Below are positions 1-9,500 of a DNA stretch of 64,000 nucleotides, one piece after another. This DNA is from Bdellovibrionales bacterium (GTDB lineage Bacteria > Bdellovibrionota > Bdellovibrionia > Bdellovibrionales > JAGQZY01), in assembly GCA_964230645.1 (NCBI GenBank), contig CAXRHT010000002.1:576001-640000 (forward strand). The letters are read 5' to 3'. Below the pieces are notes generated by a model. That model made no database searches and was not told where the DNA came from. It saw only the letters and a list, made by a program, of their open reading frames with translations. The stretch's first letter is position 1, and every line of letters starts with the position of its first letter. Made by a program: the position numbers and the translations under genes.

Positions 1-217
1 AGCCGAAGGATCTTTTTTCGAGAGAATATGTCACTAGAAAGATTCTTCGCTTCGCTCAGAATGACACAAAAAAACGCTTGTCATCCTGAGGTGCAACCAC
101 TTGTCATCCTGAGGCGGAGCCGAAGGATCTTTTAGCGAGAGACTATGCCACTGGAAAGATTCTTCGCTTCGCTCAGAATGACAACGGGCTCAGAATGACA
201 AAGAGCTCAGCATGACA
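1..217. repeat. Cluster of REP-like palindromic repeats (GTCATCCTGAG...CGAAGGATCT / AGATTCTTCGCTTCGCTCAGAATGAC family)
   Basis: One full unit at 101-184 whose two ends are imperfectly complementary, a 5'-truncated copy at 1-66, and extra half-ends at 78-91, 188-200 and 205-217; intergenic. Confidence 0.85.
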
Positions 218-228
218 ATGAAATCTTA

Positions 229-1029
229 TTATTTAGTTAGGCAATCAGCGGAGATATAAACCTCGCCTGATTTTTTGTAGGCCTTGCGCCAATTGGTGCT
301 GTGAGGATCGATCCAAAGCTTTCTTCCCGCGCTGATAACTCCCGCCTTATCGCTGAATGAGCTATCCTCTTGATACATCGTGCACTCTTTAGTAAATTTA
401 TACATCCCGGCCTTAAAAGGTTTAAGCCCTGAGACATCGCGATCTTTTTGCTCCAAGCTTTGTTCGGCCTGCTCTTCAGCCTGCTCGAGTTTTTGTTCCA
501 CAGAGGCTAACTCTGAAGGTGCGTCGTCCTCTTCAGGTTGATACTCCTGAACCTCTTCTTGTAGTTCTTGTTTTCCTGATTGCAAATACTCGTCGCGAAC
601 TTGCTCCGTTTGGGGATCACTGATTTCTGCTTGTTCAAACTCTGGCACGGATTCTTCCACGGCATTGACGGGATCGACTTTTTCTTCCTCAACAGGGTCT
701 TCTAAAACCATCTTAGGACTGTGAACCGCAGGTTCGGCCGCACCTTCTTCAATATCGCCTGTTTGAACATCATCAACAGCTGTTACCTCTGGGGTCTCTA
801 AATCTTCGTCTCCTGCCTGCAAGAATTCTCTTTTAACATCCTCATAGGGAACATCTTCTTGCTCACCCTGGGTTGAAGAGGGAGAACGCTCAGAAGCCTC
901 GGCGGGCTGGTAGCCTTTATCTTTCATATAGTCGGGCATCGGAGGTGGTGGAATGTCTTTTTCGTCAATTCCCCACGCCGTTGGAAAAACTAAGAACTGT
1001 ATGATTAAAATTTTAAGGAACCATTTCAT
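229..1029 (-). CDS. Secreted acidic low-complexity protein with a small C-terminal SH3b-like domain
   Basis: N-terminal signal peptide, poly-Pro, long Glu/Asp/Gln-rich linker; C-terminal ~60 aa (CTMY...AGRKLWI...WRK...VYISADCL) resembles a bacterial SH3 pattern; GGGAG RBS. Confidence 0.7.
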   Translation of the reverse strand: MKWFLKILIIQFLVFPTAWGIDEKDIPPPPMPDYMKDKGYQPAEASERSPSSTQGEQEDVPYEDVKREFLQAGDEDLETPEVTAVDDVQTGDIEEGAAEPAVHSPKMVLEDPVEEEKVDPVNAVEESVPEFEQAEISDPQTEQVRDEYLQSGKQELQEEVQEYQPEEDDAPSELASVEQKLEQAEEQAEQSLEQKDRDVSGLKPFKAGMYKFTKECTMYQEDSSFSDKAGVISAGRKLWIDPHSTNWRKAYKKSGEVYISADCLTK

Positions 1030-1055
1030 ATAAAAAACTCCCGTTCACTAAAGTC

Positions 1056-1082
1056 CTATCGGTCTTTCCTTAGAAGGGGTTA
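1056..1082 (-). promoter_or_regulatory. Putative sigma28 (FliA) promoter
   Basis: Minus strand TAAC-N15-ACCGATAG upstream of the 229..1029 gene; consensus TAAA-N15-GCCGATAA. Confidence 0.45.
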
Positions 1083-1168
1083 AGGCTAACTGGTTGAAAC
1101 AGGACGAAGGACTATAAAGGAGGCGGTCACAACCGATTTTTTAACAGCGTGACTTAAAATACTAATAA

Positions 1169-1927
1169 TTATTCAAAAAAATCGTAAAACCTCGGCTCAC
1201 AAGGGAAAGACTGGTAGAGCTTTTCAATCTCCTCCAAAAAGGCATCAGCGATCTCTTGTTCTCTTAGTCCCCTCTTTGATTGACTCGCCAGGAGAGCTGA
1301 GAGCTTATAGGACTGTAAGACTCCTTTTTTCTCGGCACAGGTTTCGCTCTCAGTAATTGCCACCTCAGAAAAACTTTTAAGAAAACGCTCTTGGTTCAAA
1401 GGTTCAAAAAAACTCTTTCTCTCTCGGGTCAATTCTTCCCATGCGTCGGCCAGTTTTGAAAACCGCATTTTTTTTTCAGAACATCCGAAGTACCGCACAT
1501 CAATTTCGCAGGTCTCTAAATCCCTCACTCGACAGTGGGTTTTAATAGCATCGGTGTGAAGCTCTATAACTTCGTCAAGAGAGGCTCTTTTTGGTTCAGC
1601 CCTTTTGCTAGCACCATCTTTTGTTAACACTTCACCGTCCTCTAAAACGACAAAAGAATGGTAGGCCTCAGGGTATCCTTTGCGAAAAATCACTCCCAAG
1701 GCTCCCACCGAAGACTCGACGGGCTCACACTGGTCTTTCAAAAAATGATCCATTTCATAACGATGAATGTAGCGTATCTCCTGCATAAGACCCAGTGCTC
1801 TCAGACTGGTGTTATGACAATTAGGACCAGAAAAAATCGGAATTTCACCAATGATAGAATCCACTCGATCAAGTGGGTTGGCGTAAACGGTATTTGTCAA
1901 TAGAAATAAGAAAACAAAAAGTTTCAA
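1169..1927 (-). CDS. Secreted hypothetical protein, possible papain/NlpC-P60-like Cys-His hydrolase
   Basis: Signal peptide; SGPNCHN motif followed ~55 aa later by AYHSFV; TTG start with GGGGG RBS. Confidence 0.55.
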   Translation of the reverse strand: MKLFVFLFLLTNTVYANPLDRVDSIIGEIPIFSGPNCHNTSLRALGLMQEIRYIHRYEMDHFLKDQCEPVESSVGALGVIFRKGYPEAYHSFVVLEDGEVLTKDGASKRAEPKRASLDEVIELHTDAIKTHCRVRDLETCEIDVRYFGCSEKKMRFSKLADAWEELTRERKSFFEPLNQERFLKSFSEVAITESETCAEKKGVLQSYKLSALLASQSKRGLREQEIADAFLEEIEKLYQSFPCEPRFYDFFE

Positions 1928-2052
1928 AGGCCCCCCTCTAAGATTTTTTCACTTTAGCTAAAGGAGGTTTGTTTTTCTATTTTCAACCAGAAAAGAGGAA
2001 ATCTCTTCAATACAGCATTAAAAGGATTACATCCTAAGCACTGAGACCGAGA

Positions 2053-3150
2053 TCAGCTCCTATTATTCCCCTTCTTCTTTTTTTTAGGATTATCCAAGGG
2101 GCCTATATTATTAGCCGTTTTTTTAAGATTCTCTCCCGAGTTTTCAATCAAACTCCAAAAAGCCTCGCTAGAATCAGCGTCAAATCCAGCCGGCGTCCAT
2201 AAGAAGGGAATTTCGGTGGCAACCTCGCCTTCCGTGATCGCATTGATGAGCCAATTGCCGAAACCGCCCAAATACTCAAAAATGACATGCCTTGTGGAGA
2301 CGTATTCTTTCTCCACTCCGAAGACCTCCAAATCTTTAAAAAAAGTTTTAAAGTATCCCCGTCCCTCAGGCACTGAACCATAGGTTTCAAAAATGACATC
2401 CATCTCGCCATTTTGTATATCAATGGGAATATAGTGTTTTAGGAGTTCATTTGTGGAAGCGAGTCTGAAATTTCCAATTCCGGCATTGACGTCAAAAGGG
2501 ATGTCGGGATTGACGATATTCACACCACCATTAAGCTGGATTGGAGCATGACCATTGAGTTCCCCTTTTATATCGAAGGGTGATAGGTTTTCTTTCATAT
2601 AGTCAGGATCGACAAGATGGGTAATCTTACCATTAATTTTTCCAATATGACTGGCCACGAGACCTTTAAGAGCACTGATTTTCAAATCCACCGAAGAGTC
2701 TTTGAGCCTTAACGATTGGATCGACAAAGGGACAATCTCATCCAGAGCCGCTTTCCAACTTTCTTTGCTTTCATCCGTTCCAGCCACATCGTTTTTTCCC
2801 GATTCGCCATCAACAAAAGTGACATCGGCTTTGTAAAGAGCAATGTCCATCAAAAGCCTTCCTTGAAAAAGTTGGCTCCAATTAATGGAAATATCACTAC
2901 GATTGATTTTAACAAAAGCCACTTCCGGTACGGCTTTTTTATAAAGAACAAACCCATCCAGAGTGTATTGTCCATTGATCAAATGAAGATCGAAATCCTC
3001 GATGGAACCTTGATAGTTTTCAAGGTCATGAGCCAGAACGTGATTGACATATTTTTTCCCGGCCCATGGAGCCAAAGCTCTTAAAACAAGAAGAGTGAGA
3101 ACGACACCAAAGAGTGTCCATTGTTTTTTGTTGAATCGCGGTTTTTTCAC
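2053..3150 (-). CDS. DUF748/AsmA-like family protein
   Basis: N-terminal TM anchor then YVNHVL...YQGSIEDFDLHL, beta-rich body, GYFKTFFKDLEV; pattern typical of DUF748 proteins. Confidence 0.7.
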   Translation of the reverse strand: MKKPRFNKKQWTLFGVVLTLLVLRALAPWAGKKYVNHVLAHDLENYQGSIEDFDLHLINGQYTLDGFVLYKKAVPEVAFVKINRSDISINWSQLFQGRLLMDIALYKADVTFVDGESGKNDVAGTDESKESWKAALDEIVPLSIQSLRLKDSSVDLKISALKGLVASHIGKINGKITHLVDPDYMKENLSPFDIKGELNGHAPIQLNGGVNIVNPDIPFDVNAGIGNFRLASTNELLKHYIPIDIQNGEMDVIFETYGSVPEGRGYFKTFFKDLEVFGVEKEYVSTRHVIFEYLGGFGNWLINAITEGEVATEIPFLWTPAGFDADSSEAFWSLIENSGENLKKTANNIGPLDNPKKKKKGNNRS

Positions 3151-3167
3151 CGATATCTCCTTATACT

Positions 3168-3207
3168 AAAAAAAGGAAGCCAATCCTTTCAGACTCGCTT
3201 CCTTTTT
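3168..3207 (-). terminator. Intrinsic terminator
   Basis: AGGAAGC...GCTTCCT stem flanked by A/T tracts just downstream of the 3232..3876 gene. Confidence 0.65.
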
Positions 3208-3231
3208 GAACAAAAGAATTTCAATGGTTTC

Positions 3232-3876
3232 TTACGACTTCTTCGCAAGAACCAGCACTGCTTTTCTTGGCTTTCCTTCAGACTTAAAGACTCTAAACTT
3301 CTCTTTGCCTAGCTTCCCACCATGTTTTTCGTAAGCCAAAGTGGCTTTCAAATCCGTGCTGGTCGAATTAAACATATTGGAGAGCCAGTGGGCTTGCTCG
3401 GCCATATTAAATATAACCAAGTCCCCTTCGAAACCCGTGGATTTCACGAAGTTTTCGATAGAAAGAGAACGCATACTGGCGAGTTTCTTTTGATCAGCCG
3501 TAAGTTCCTTCCCTTTAGGTGGAAGGGGTTGATCAGCCCAAACAGCCAAGGTGAGTTCCATTGAATCTGGACTAGGATGTTGATTCACCAACTGCTCAAT
3601 CGAACGCTTTTGAGCGGGCGATAGAACAGCTGATGCTTTATTGAACTCAATACTTTGAGCCTTTAACTCTTCAGAAAGAACTGGGACAGGGTCCTTTGCC
3701 TCAGAGAAAGGGTTAATAATAAAGAGCATCAACACAGCGAGAACGCCTGTTGCAACAATTTCTTTGATACTAATCTTACCTTCTTCGGAGCCTCCTTCGA
3801 TAAAAAGTCTCCAAAAAATCTTCAGTTGTCGTTGTAGCATAGACATTCTCGTGTCTCCTTTGTCCGTGATCTTCAC
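3232..3876 (-). CDS. Hypothetical membrane-anchored protein, weak OmpA-C-like fold
   Basis: Single TM; IEFNKASAVLS...AVWAD...KKLASMRSLSIENF resembles an OmpA-like alpha/beta domain; the start may be 3846. Confidence 0.55.
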   Translation of the reverse strand: MKITDKGDTRMSMLQRQLKIFWRLFIEGGSEEGKISIKEIVATGVLAVLMLFIINPFSEAKDPVPVLSEELKAQSIEFNKASAVLSPAQKRSIEQLVNQHPSPDSMELTLAVWADQPLPPKGKELTADQKKLASMRSLSIENFVKSTGFEGDLVIFNMAEQAHWLSNMFNSTSTDLKATLAYEKHGGKLGKEKFRVFKSEGKPRKAVLVLAKKS

Positions 3877-4118
3877 TTACCACTATAGATTTTCTAGAGT
3901 TGTTTTTCTTTTAGGGATTGAATTCTAAATGTGTTTGTTCATATACAACAGAAAGTCTAGCTTTTAGGCAAAATTTCGGTCTTCTCCCCTCTCTTTGCTG
4001 GTTACAGGGGAGTTTCTGGGGATGGGTTGTGCAAAAAATTTAACATTTAATGAAAACCATTGAGAACCAATTGAAAGCCCTTTGGCCTAGTCTTGAGGTG
4101 AAAGTGAGGTAGTTAGAA

Positions 4119-4544
4119 ATGGATTTAACTCTAAAAAATATCGTCGTAGGTTTTATTAGTAATAAAGACCGTCAGGCTTTCGAACAGGATTGGCGTAAAC
4201 CCCACGATTTGGAAGTTCAATATCTCAATGCCGAGGAGGCCTTTGATCTCGTGGACCCCGACAACAATAAAGGGAGTGCGTTCAAGGGACTGTTGAGAAG
4301 TGTACAGAAACACATAGGCGGCGGACCCTCCGAGTTTTTACGCGATGTAAAGAGCATGAGTGACGAAGAGTACCTTTTGGCTTTTGAATATCATAGTGAA
4401 GAAAGTCCGCTTACCATTGGAGACATTAAGGAGAGTTTTCTTAGACACAATGTCCGCCAGGCCAAGCACTTTGGACAGTACTCCGTTGAGCACCTAACTC
4501 TTGATCCTGGTCACCGTGAGGAAATGCCAGCAATTTCGAGCTAA
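4119..4544 (+). CDS. Hypothetical protein
   Basis: 141-aa ORF with GAGG RBS filling the gap between flanking genes. Confidence 0.65.
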   Translation: MDLTLKNIVVGFISNKDRQAFEQDWRKPHDLEVQYLNAEEAFDLVDPDNNKGSAFKGLLRSVQKHIGGGPSEFLRDVKSMSDEEYLLAFEYHSEESPLTIGDIKESFLRHNVRQAKHFGQYSVEHLTLDPGHREEMPAISS

Positions 4545-5251
4545 TTCGATAAGGCGTGCCCCACTAAACCTACGGAAAAACCTATCAAAGTACCAAGAGC
4601 GGGTAAGTAAGCCCGCTTTAATTTTATCTGAGGGGCAATATCCTCGAAAATTAGGTAGAGAATCCCGCCACCTGCAAATGTCATCAGGCCGGCGAGAAGA
4701 TCCTCCCTCCCCACCAAAACAAAACATCCGCCAACCGCCGCGGCTACACCAAACGCAATGCTGGCAAAGAAAAACCCAAAAATTTTGCGATCATCCCAGC
4801 CTTTTTCTTTCATTTCCTTATAACTGCTAAAGCCTTCAGGTAGATTTTGACAACCAATTAGAACTGCAATGAATAAAGCCTCACTTTTTTGAGTCACAAC
4901 AACAGCCCCAACAGAGGTGGCTTCCGGCAGAAAATCAGACATCATCGCCACCCAATTACTCACAGGACTGTCTTTTTTCTTGAGATAAATATCGAGCAAA
5001 AGAAAGCTCACTCCGCCCATTAAAAATAAAAAAGTCAGATTAAAGGTTGAGAGCTTTTCAACCCCCTTTGGGATAAGAACAAAACAAATAGCCGAGAGTA
5101 AAGCTCCACCACCGATGGCTACAACAAATTTTGAAAACTCTTCTCCTAGTGCTTCGAAATATTTTAATTCCAAAAGTCCTAGAAAGCCCCCTAACGGAAC
5201 TGCCGCTCCCGCTAGACTTGTTAGAAGCAAAAGAAAATAGAGCTCCTCCAC
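4541..5251 (-). CDS. ZIP-family divalent metal transporter
   Basis: About 8 TM segments; GGGALL, DFLPE / QNLPEGF and AGGGILY motifs of ZupT/GufA-like proteins. Confidence 0.85.
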   Translation of the reverse strand: MEELYFLLLLTSLAGAAVPLGGFLGLLELKYFEALGEEFSKFVVAIGGGALLSAICFVLIPKGVEKLSTFNLTFLFLMGGVSFLLLDIYLKKKDSPVSNWVAMMSDFLPEATSVGAVVVTQKSEALFIAVLIGCQNLPEGFSSYKEMKEKGWDDRKIFGFFFASIAFGVAAAVGGCFVLVGREDLLAGLMTFAGGGILYLIFEDIAPQIKLKRAYLPALGTLIGFSVGLVGHALSN

Positions 5252-5252
5252 C

Positions 5253-6125
5253 CTAGTTGTCCATTTTAATCAGATCATGAAAGCGAGAGTAGTCCATGGT
5301 TACTGAGCCATCATCGTTATTGGTTAAAATATCCGAGAGTCTCTTTTTGCCGATAATTTCTGAGAAGCGATAAACGTGGGTGGCGTGAACAAGCTGAGCG
5401 GTTAGATCATCGATGCCCGTCATTGAGATAACAATGCGAACATTGAGCTGTTCCATTTGCTCCATACTTAGGTGTGCTAGAGGGCTCTCCTCATCAATTA
5501 CATGCATGACCGTCCAGCTCAAGGAAAATATGGGAGACTTTGAGCGCACAAGTCTTAAATCTCTGATTCTTTGCATGCTCACACCTTCTTGGGACTGCTC
5601 AGCAATAATAGCTGAGGCATCGATACTGGCATCAGCAATGTGACTGTCACGTGCATTGGCGACTCGAAACATCAGAGTTCTTTTTCCATCATAATTATGA
5701 ATGACACAATTATTAGTAAAAATAACTCGGGCCGTGGGTTTGGAAAACTTCGCTAAAGCCAAACCAGTGACAAGGGCTGCGAAAAAGAAGCCAAGAAGGG
5801 TGTCAAATATTACAATGATATTGGCGTATTGGGTGGCCGGCAGCAAATACCCATATCCGATGGTCGTACTGGTTTGAAAACTAAACACAAAACAGTCCCA
5901 CAAAGACCCCGGCCTAGCGTTGAGGATGGCATCTTCGCCAATAAAGTAGAGCCCCGCAAACATGAGGTTTAAAAAAATATAGACAACAGAGACAACAAAG
6001 AGAAACTCCCACCAGGAGGCTGCGAGCACATGGTGATAAGCATCTTTAAAAAGATTTTTCTTAAGGCCTTTTTTATTTACTTGCACCCGGAAAGGATTGA
6101 GCGAAGCATTCCATGGTTTGAACAT
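5253..6125 (-). CDS. Inward-rectifier potassium channel (KirBac-like)
   Basis: DAYH...WWEF slide helix, two TMs, FSFQTSTTIGYG selectivity filter, cytoplasmic domain with LMFRVANAR and SWTVMHVIDEESPL. Confidence 0.93.
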   Translation of the reverse strand: MFKPWNASLNPFRVQVNKKGLKKNLFKDAYHHVLAASWWEFLFVVSVVYIFLNLMFAGLYFIGEDAILNARPGSLWDCFVFSFQTSTTIGYGYLLPATQYANIIVIFDTLLGFFFAALVTGLALAKFSKPTARVIFTNNCVIHNYDGKRTLMFRVANARDSHIADASIDASAIIAEQSQEGVSMQRIRDLRLVRSKSPIFSLSWTVMHVIDEESPLAHLSMEQMEQLNVRIVISMTGIDDLTAQLVHATHVYRFSEIIGKKRLSDILTNNDDGSVTMDYSRFHDLIKMDN

Positions 6126-7591
6126 TACTGTCCTTTACGCACTTCCCAAAGAGTGCCCTCAGCGGAATCACGGATATCAATGCCCATTTGAGTGAGCTCA
6201 TCGCGCAGCCGATCGGACTCTTCGTAGTTTTTGTCTTTTCTTGCTTGAATCCTTTTTGAAACCAACTCGTTAATCTTGTCCCGACTGAGTCCCTTTTGCT
6301 CTAAAAGCATATCATCCAGAGTGGTGAGAAAACTCTCCGGCTCTTCTTGAAAAAGCGAGAGCGGGTCGCCAAACTCAATCACAAAATCCGCAAAAAGCTG
6401 AGAGACCGTCGCCGAAGGTCCTTTTTTCTTAGAACCTTCAGGGACCAGTTGATTATAAAGTCTGACAGTATCAAATAACTGGGCCATAGCTTGAGGGGTG
6501 GCAAAATCATCGGCAAAGAACTTATTGATCGCCTCACGAGCACTTGAGATTTGCTCTATCATCTTTTCCGTCTCTGGAGTTTTAAGTTTCGTGTCCCCAT
6601 TGGCATAACTTTTAGCCTTCCTAAGAGACGAATAGATACGACCCAGAGCTGCGACCGAATTACTTATTGTTGCATCAGAGAAGTCGGCTTGCGAACGGTA
6701 GTGAACCGAAAGAACAAGATATTTAAAGATCTCTCCATTGTATTTTTCAAGAAAACTTCGCATGGTGCGAATATTACCAAGGGACTTAGACATCTTCGCC
6801 CCACTAAAAGTAAACATATTATTATGCATCCAGTATTTTACGTAAGGCTTATCTGTAGCCCCCTCACTCTGTGCAATTTCATTTTCATGATGAGGAAAAA
6901 TTAAATCCATCCCACCACCGTGAATATCAATTTGCTCCCCTAATAGAGCACGAGTCATGGCCGAGCATTCAATATGCCAGCCTGGGCGCCCTTCCCCCCA
7001 TGGCGAGGGCCAAGACTGCTCCCCCTCCTTAGCGGGCTTCCAAAGAGTAAAATCCAAAGGGTTTTTCTTTTTCGGGTCGACTTCAATACGAGAGCCTGAC
7101 TGCATGTCTTCAGGCTTTCTATGACTTAACTTTCCGTAGTCCTTAAAGTTTTCAATCGAGTAAAAAACCTCACCCTCAACTTCATAGGCCCGACCATTAG
7201 CAATGATTTCCTCAATCAAGGCCACAATGGCATCCATATGTTCTGTGACTTTAGGGTTATGAGTGTGAGCCGTTAGCTTCAGCGCTTTGAAGTCTTTCCA
7301 AAACTCATCAATAAAGCGCTCAGCAATGTCTTTAGCTGTTTTACCTTCCTCTTTGGCACGATTAAGAATTTTATCGTCCACGTCGGTGAAATTATAGGCA
7401 TAAGTCACTTTGTAACCGAGATGCTCCAACCAATTGCGAACAAAGTTATAAAAGACCGCTCCCCGAAAGTTCCCAACATGAAGAAAGTCATAAACCGTGG
7501 GCCCACAACAATACATTTTTACCTCCCCTTCCTTGAGGGGAACAAAATCTTCTTTCTTCTGTGTTTGGGAATTATAAATTCTAAGTTCCAT
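6125..7591 (-). CDS. cysS: Cysteine--tRNA ligase
   Basis: MYCCGPTVY, HVGN (HIGH), GRPGWHIEC, IHGGGMDLIFPHHENE, KMSKS. Confidence 0.98.
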   Translation of the reverse strand: MELRIYNSQTQKKEDFVPLKEGEVKMYCCGPTVYDFLHVGNFRGAVFYNFVRNWLEHLGYKVTYAYNFTDVDDKILNRAKEEGKTAKDIAERFIDEFWKDFKALKLTAHTHNPKVTEHMDAIVALIEEIIANGRAYEVEGEVFYSIENFKDYGKLSHRKPEDMQSGSRIEVDPKKKNPLDFTLWKPAKEGEQSWPSPWGEGRPGWHIECSAMTRALLGEQIDIHGGGMDLIFPHHENEIAQSEGATDKPYVKYWMHNNMFTFSGAKMSKSLGNIRTMRSFLEKYNGEIFKYLVLSVHYRSQADFSDATISNSVAALGRIYSSLRKAKSYANGDTKLKTPETEKMIEQISSAREAINKFFADDFATPQAMAQLFDTVRLYNQLVPEGSKKKGPSATVSQLFADFVIEFGDPLSLFQEEPESFLTTLDDMLLEQKGLSRDKINELVSKRIQARKDKNYEESDRLRDELTQMGIDIRDSAEGTLWEVRKGQ

Positions 7592-7627
7592 AGCCCACTT
7601 TCTATTTCCGATTATTTAAATAAAGAC

Positions 7628-7819
7628 AATTTTTGATTCAAATTTTGAAGCCTGGAGAAATTCAGCTCGTCATTTTGGAGGGGCTCGAGCAACGAGCGCT
7701 GCGTATCTCGGGCTGCGGCATGAAATGGCGCAGGTCGGGAGACGAAGTGCACCCGGGTGCGTGCCGCTCCGAAAGGACGAGCTGAATTTCTCCAGGCTTC
7801 AAAATTTGAATCAAAAATT
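7628..7819. repeat. 192-bp element with 44-bp perfect terminal inverted repeats and a GC-rich core
   Basis: 7628-7671 is the exact reverse complement of 7776-7819; internal palindrome GCACCCGGGTGC at 7749-7760. Confidence 0.9.
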
Positions 7820-7897
7820 CCCGGCCCCCTTACTATAAAACCTATTTAAATACGTGGCAACGTTTGCACTTGGGTTTTTAAGTGGGTAGGAAGGGGT

Positions 7898-9265
7898 ATG
7901 TCTGTTGATGAATCTTATAAGGCGCAACCTATTTGGTCTGAACTTGGTCCTGGCTTCTCCGATTCTGTGGAGGGGGCTAGTTTCCCTAAACATATACTGC
8001 GCTACAGAAATCAAAAATGGGCCGGAAAAGTGGGCCTTTCAGGACTCACTGACCAAGAGTGGATCGAGCACTTTTCTGAGTTTAAACCCTTACCTGAAAA
8101 CTTAGAAAAGCCCCAGGCTCTCAGGTACCATGGTCATCAGTTCACCCACTATAACCCAGATCTTGGAGACGGACGAGGCTTCCTCTTTGCACAGGTACAA
8201 TACAAAGATAAAACCTTAGACTTAGGAACCAAAGGCTCCGGCCAAACCCCCTATTCTCGGCAAGGCGACGGAAGACTGACATTAAAGGGAGCCGTGAGAG
8301 AAGCCCTCGCCACCTCAGCCCTTGAAGGCTTTGGAGTGAACACTTCAAAAACCTTTAGTGTTGTTGAAACCGGAGAGGAACTCGTGCGAGGTGACGAGCC
8401 CTCACCGACAAGGTCGGCTGTGCTGTTTCGACTGAGTCACTCCCACATAAGGATTGGAAGCTTTCAACGACTGGCCCATTTTAAAGAAAAAGACAAAATG
8501 CAAACCCTCATAGACTACTGCCTTAAGCACTACTACCCTGAAGTAGGTAGAGAGGAATTCTTCCAGGCCGTTTGCGCGCGAATAGCGAGCACCACCGCTC
8601 AATGGATGGTTCACGGTTTTGTGCATGGGGTTCTTAACACCGACAATATTAATATCACTGGGGAAAGTTTCGATTATGGCCCCTATCGGTTCTTGCCTCA
8701 TTACGACACCTCTTTTACCGCCGCTTACTTCGATCACCAGGGTCTTTATGCCTACGGTCGCCAGCCTGTCATGGTTTTATGGAACCTCGAAAGATTGGCA
8801 GAATCTTTGACTCTCATAAACGATAAAGAAGAGACCTACAATAAAGGTTATGAGAAGTATAAAGAAGTTCTCAATGAAACCATTTATAACGAGTTCGCTA
8901 GGAAAATTGGAATTAAAGTCCCTGAAAATATCCAAAAGATAAAAAATCTTTTTCATCTTTGTCTGCAGTTTTTAGAAAAGTCAAAATGCCCCTACCAAGC
9001 TTTCTTTCATCATCTTTATTGCTGGCACCAAGATCTTAACCGCCCCCTTAAAGAATATTCTCCAGAGTTTTACGACTCCCCTTGGATTGAGGACATAGAA
9101 AAAGAGTTGGGTCTTATGGAGCGCTCCCCTCAAGCCAAAGAAAAATCCATCGATGACTATCAAACCTTGGTGATTGATGAGATCGAAAGCATTTGGTCTG
9201 AGATTGATACAAAGGACAATTGGCAGCCCTTTTATAAAAAGATCGATCAACTTGAAAAGGCTTAA
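7898..9265 (+). CDS. selO: Protein adenylyltransferase SelO/YdiU family
   Basis: YHGHQF, LGDGRG, KGSGQTPYSRQGDGR, SHIRIGSF, GFVHGVLNTDN, DYGPY. Confidence 0.95.
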   Translation: MSVDESYKAQPIWSELGPGFSDSVEGASFPKHILRYRNQKWAGKVGLSGLTDQEWIEHFSEFKPLPENLEKPQALRYHGHQFTHYNPDLGDGRGFLFAQVQYKDKTLDLGTKGSGQTPYSRQGDGRLTLKGAVREALATSALEGFGVNTSKTFSVVETGEELVRGDEPSPTRSAVLFRLSHSHIRIGSFQRLAHFKEKDKMQTLIDYCLKHYYPEVGREEFFQAVCARIASTTAQWMVHGFVHGVLNTDNINITGESFDYGPYRFLPHYDTSFTAAYFDHQGLYAYGRQPVMVLWNLERLAESLTLINDKEETYNKGYEKYKEVLNETIYNEFARKIGIKVPENIQKIKNLFHLCLQFLEKSKCPYQAFFHHLYCWHQDLNRPLKEYSPEFYDSPWIEDIEKELGLMERSPQAKEKSIDDYQTLVIDEIESIWSEIDTKDNWQPFYKKIDQLEKA

Positions 9266-9401
9266 CCCATATTTGAGGCGCTTTTTCGGCAGAATTCTCA
9301 TTATGAGAGACAAAAATTGTCTATCCTTTTGAAGAAATTATAATCATTTGACAGCTATCTAAAATAAAATCACCTCCCAGAAAGCTTAAACCCCTATTTT
9401 A

Positions 9402-9453
9402 TCAGGTTTCAGCCGGGACTAACCGATGGTCCAACTATGGCAACATTCTTGCT
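9402..9453 (+). promoter_or_regulatory. Tandem putative sigma28-like and sigma54 promoters
   Basis: TCAGGTTT-N12-ACCGATGG (9402-9429) and TGGCAAC-ATTC-TTGCT (9438-9453; GG-N10-GC). Confidence 0.5.
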
Positions 9454-9500
9454 CTTATATCAGGTTGTTGACTAAGAATTTTTAAGGAGAAGGGTTTATT

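Noticed and set aside
1..217. CRISPR array
   Set aside because: Units are inverted and nested with no unique regular spacers, and there are no cas genes.
7898..9265. Selenocysteine read-through in SelO
   Set aside because: Ends in TAA with no C-terminal Cys/Sec motif and no in-frame TGA.
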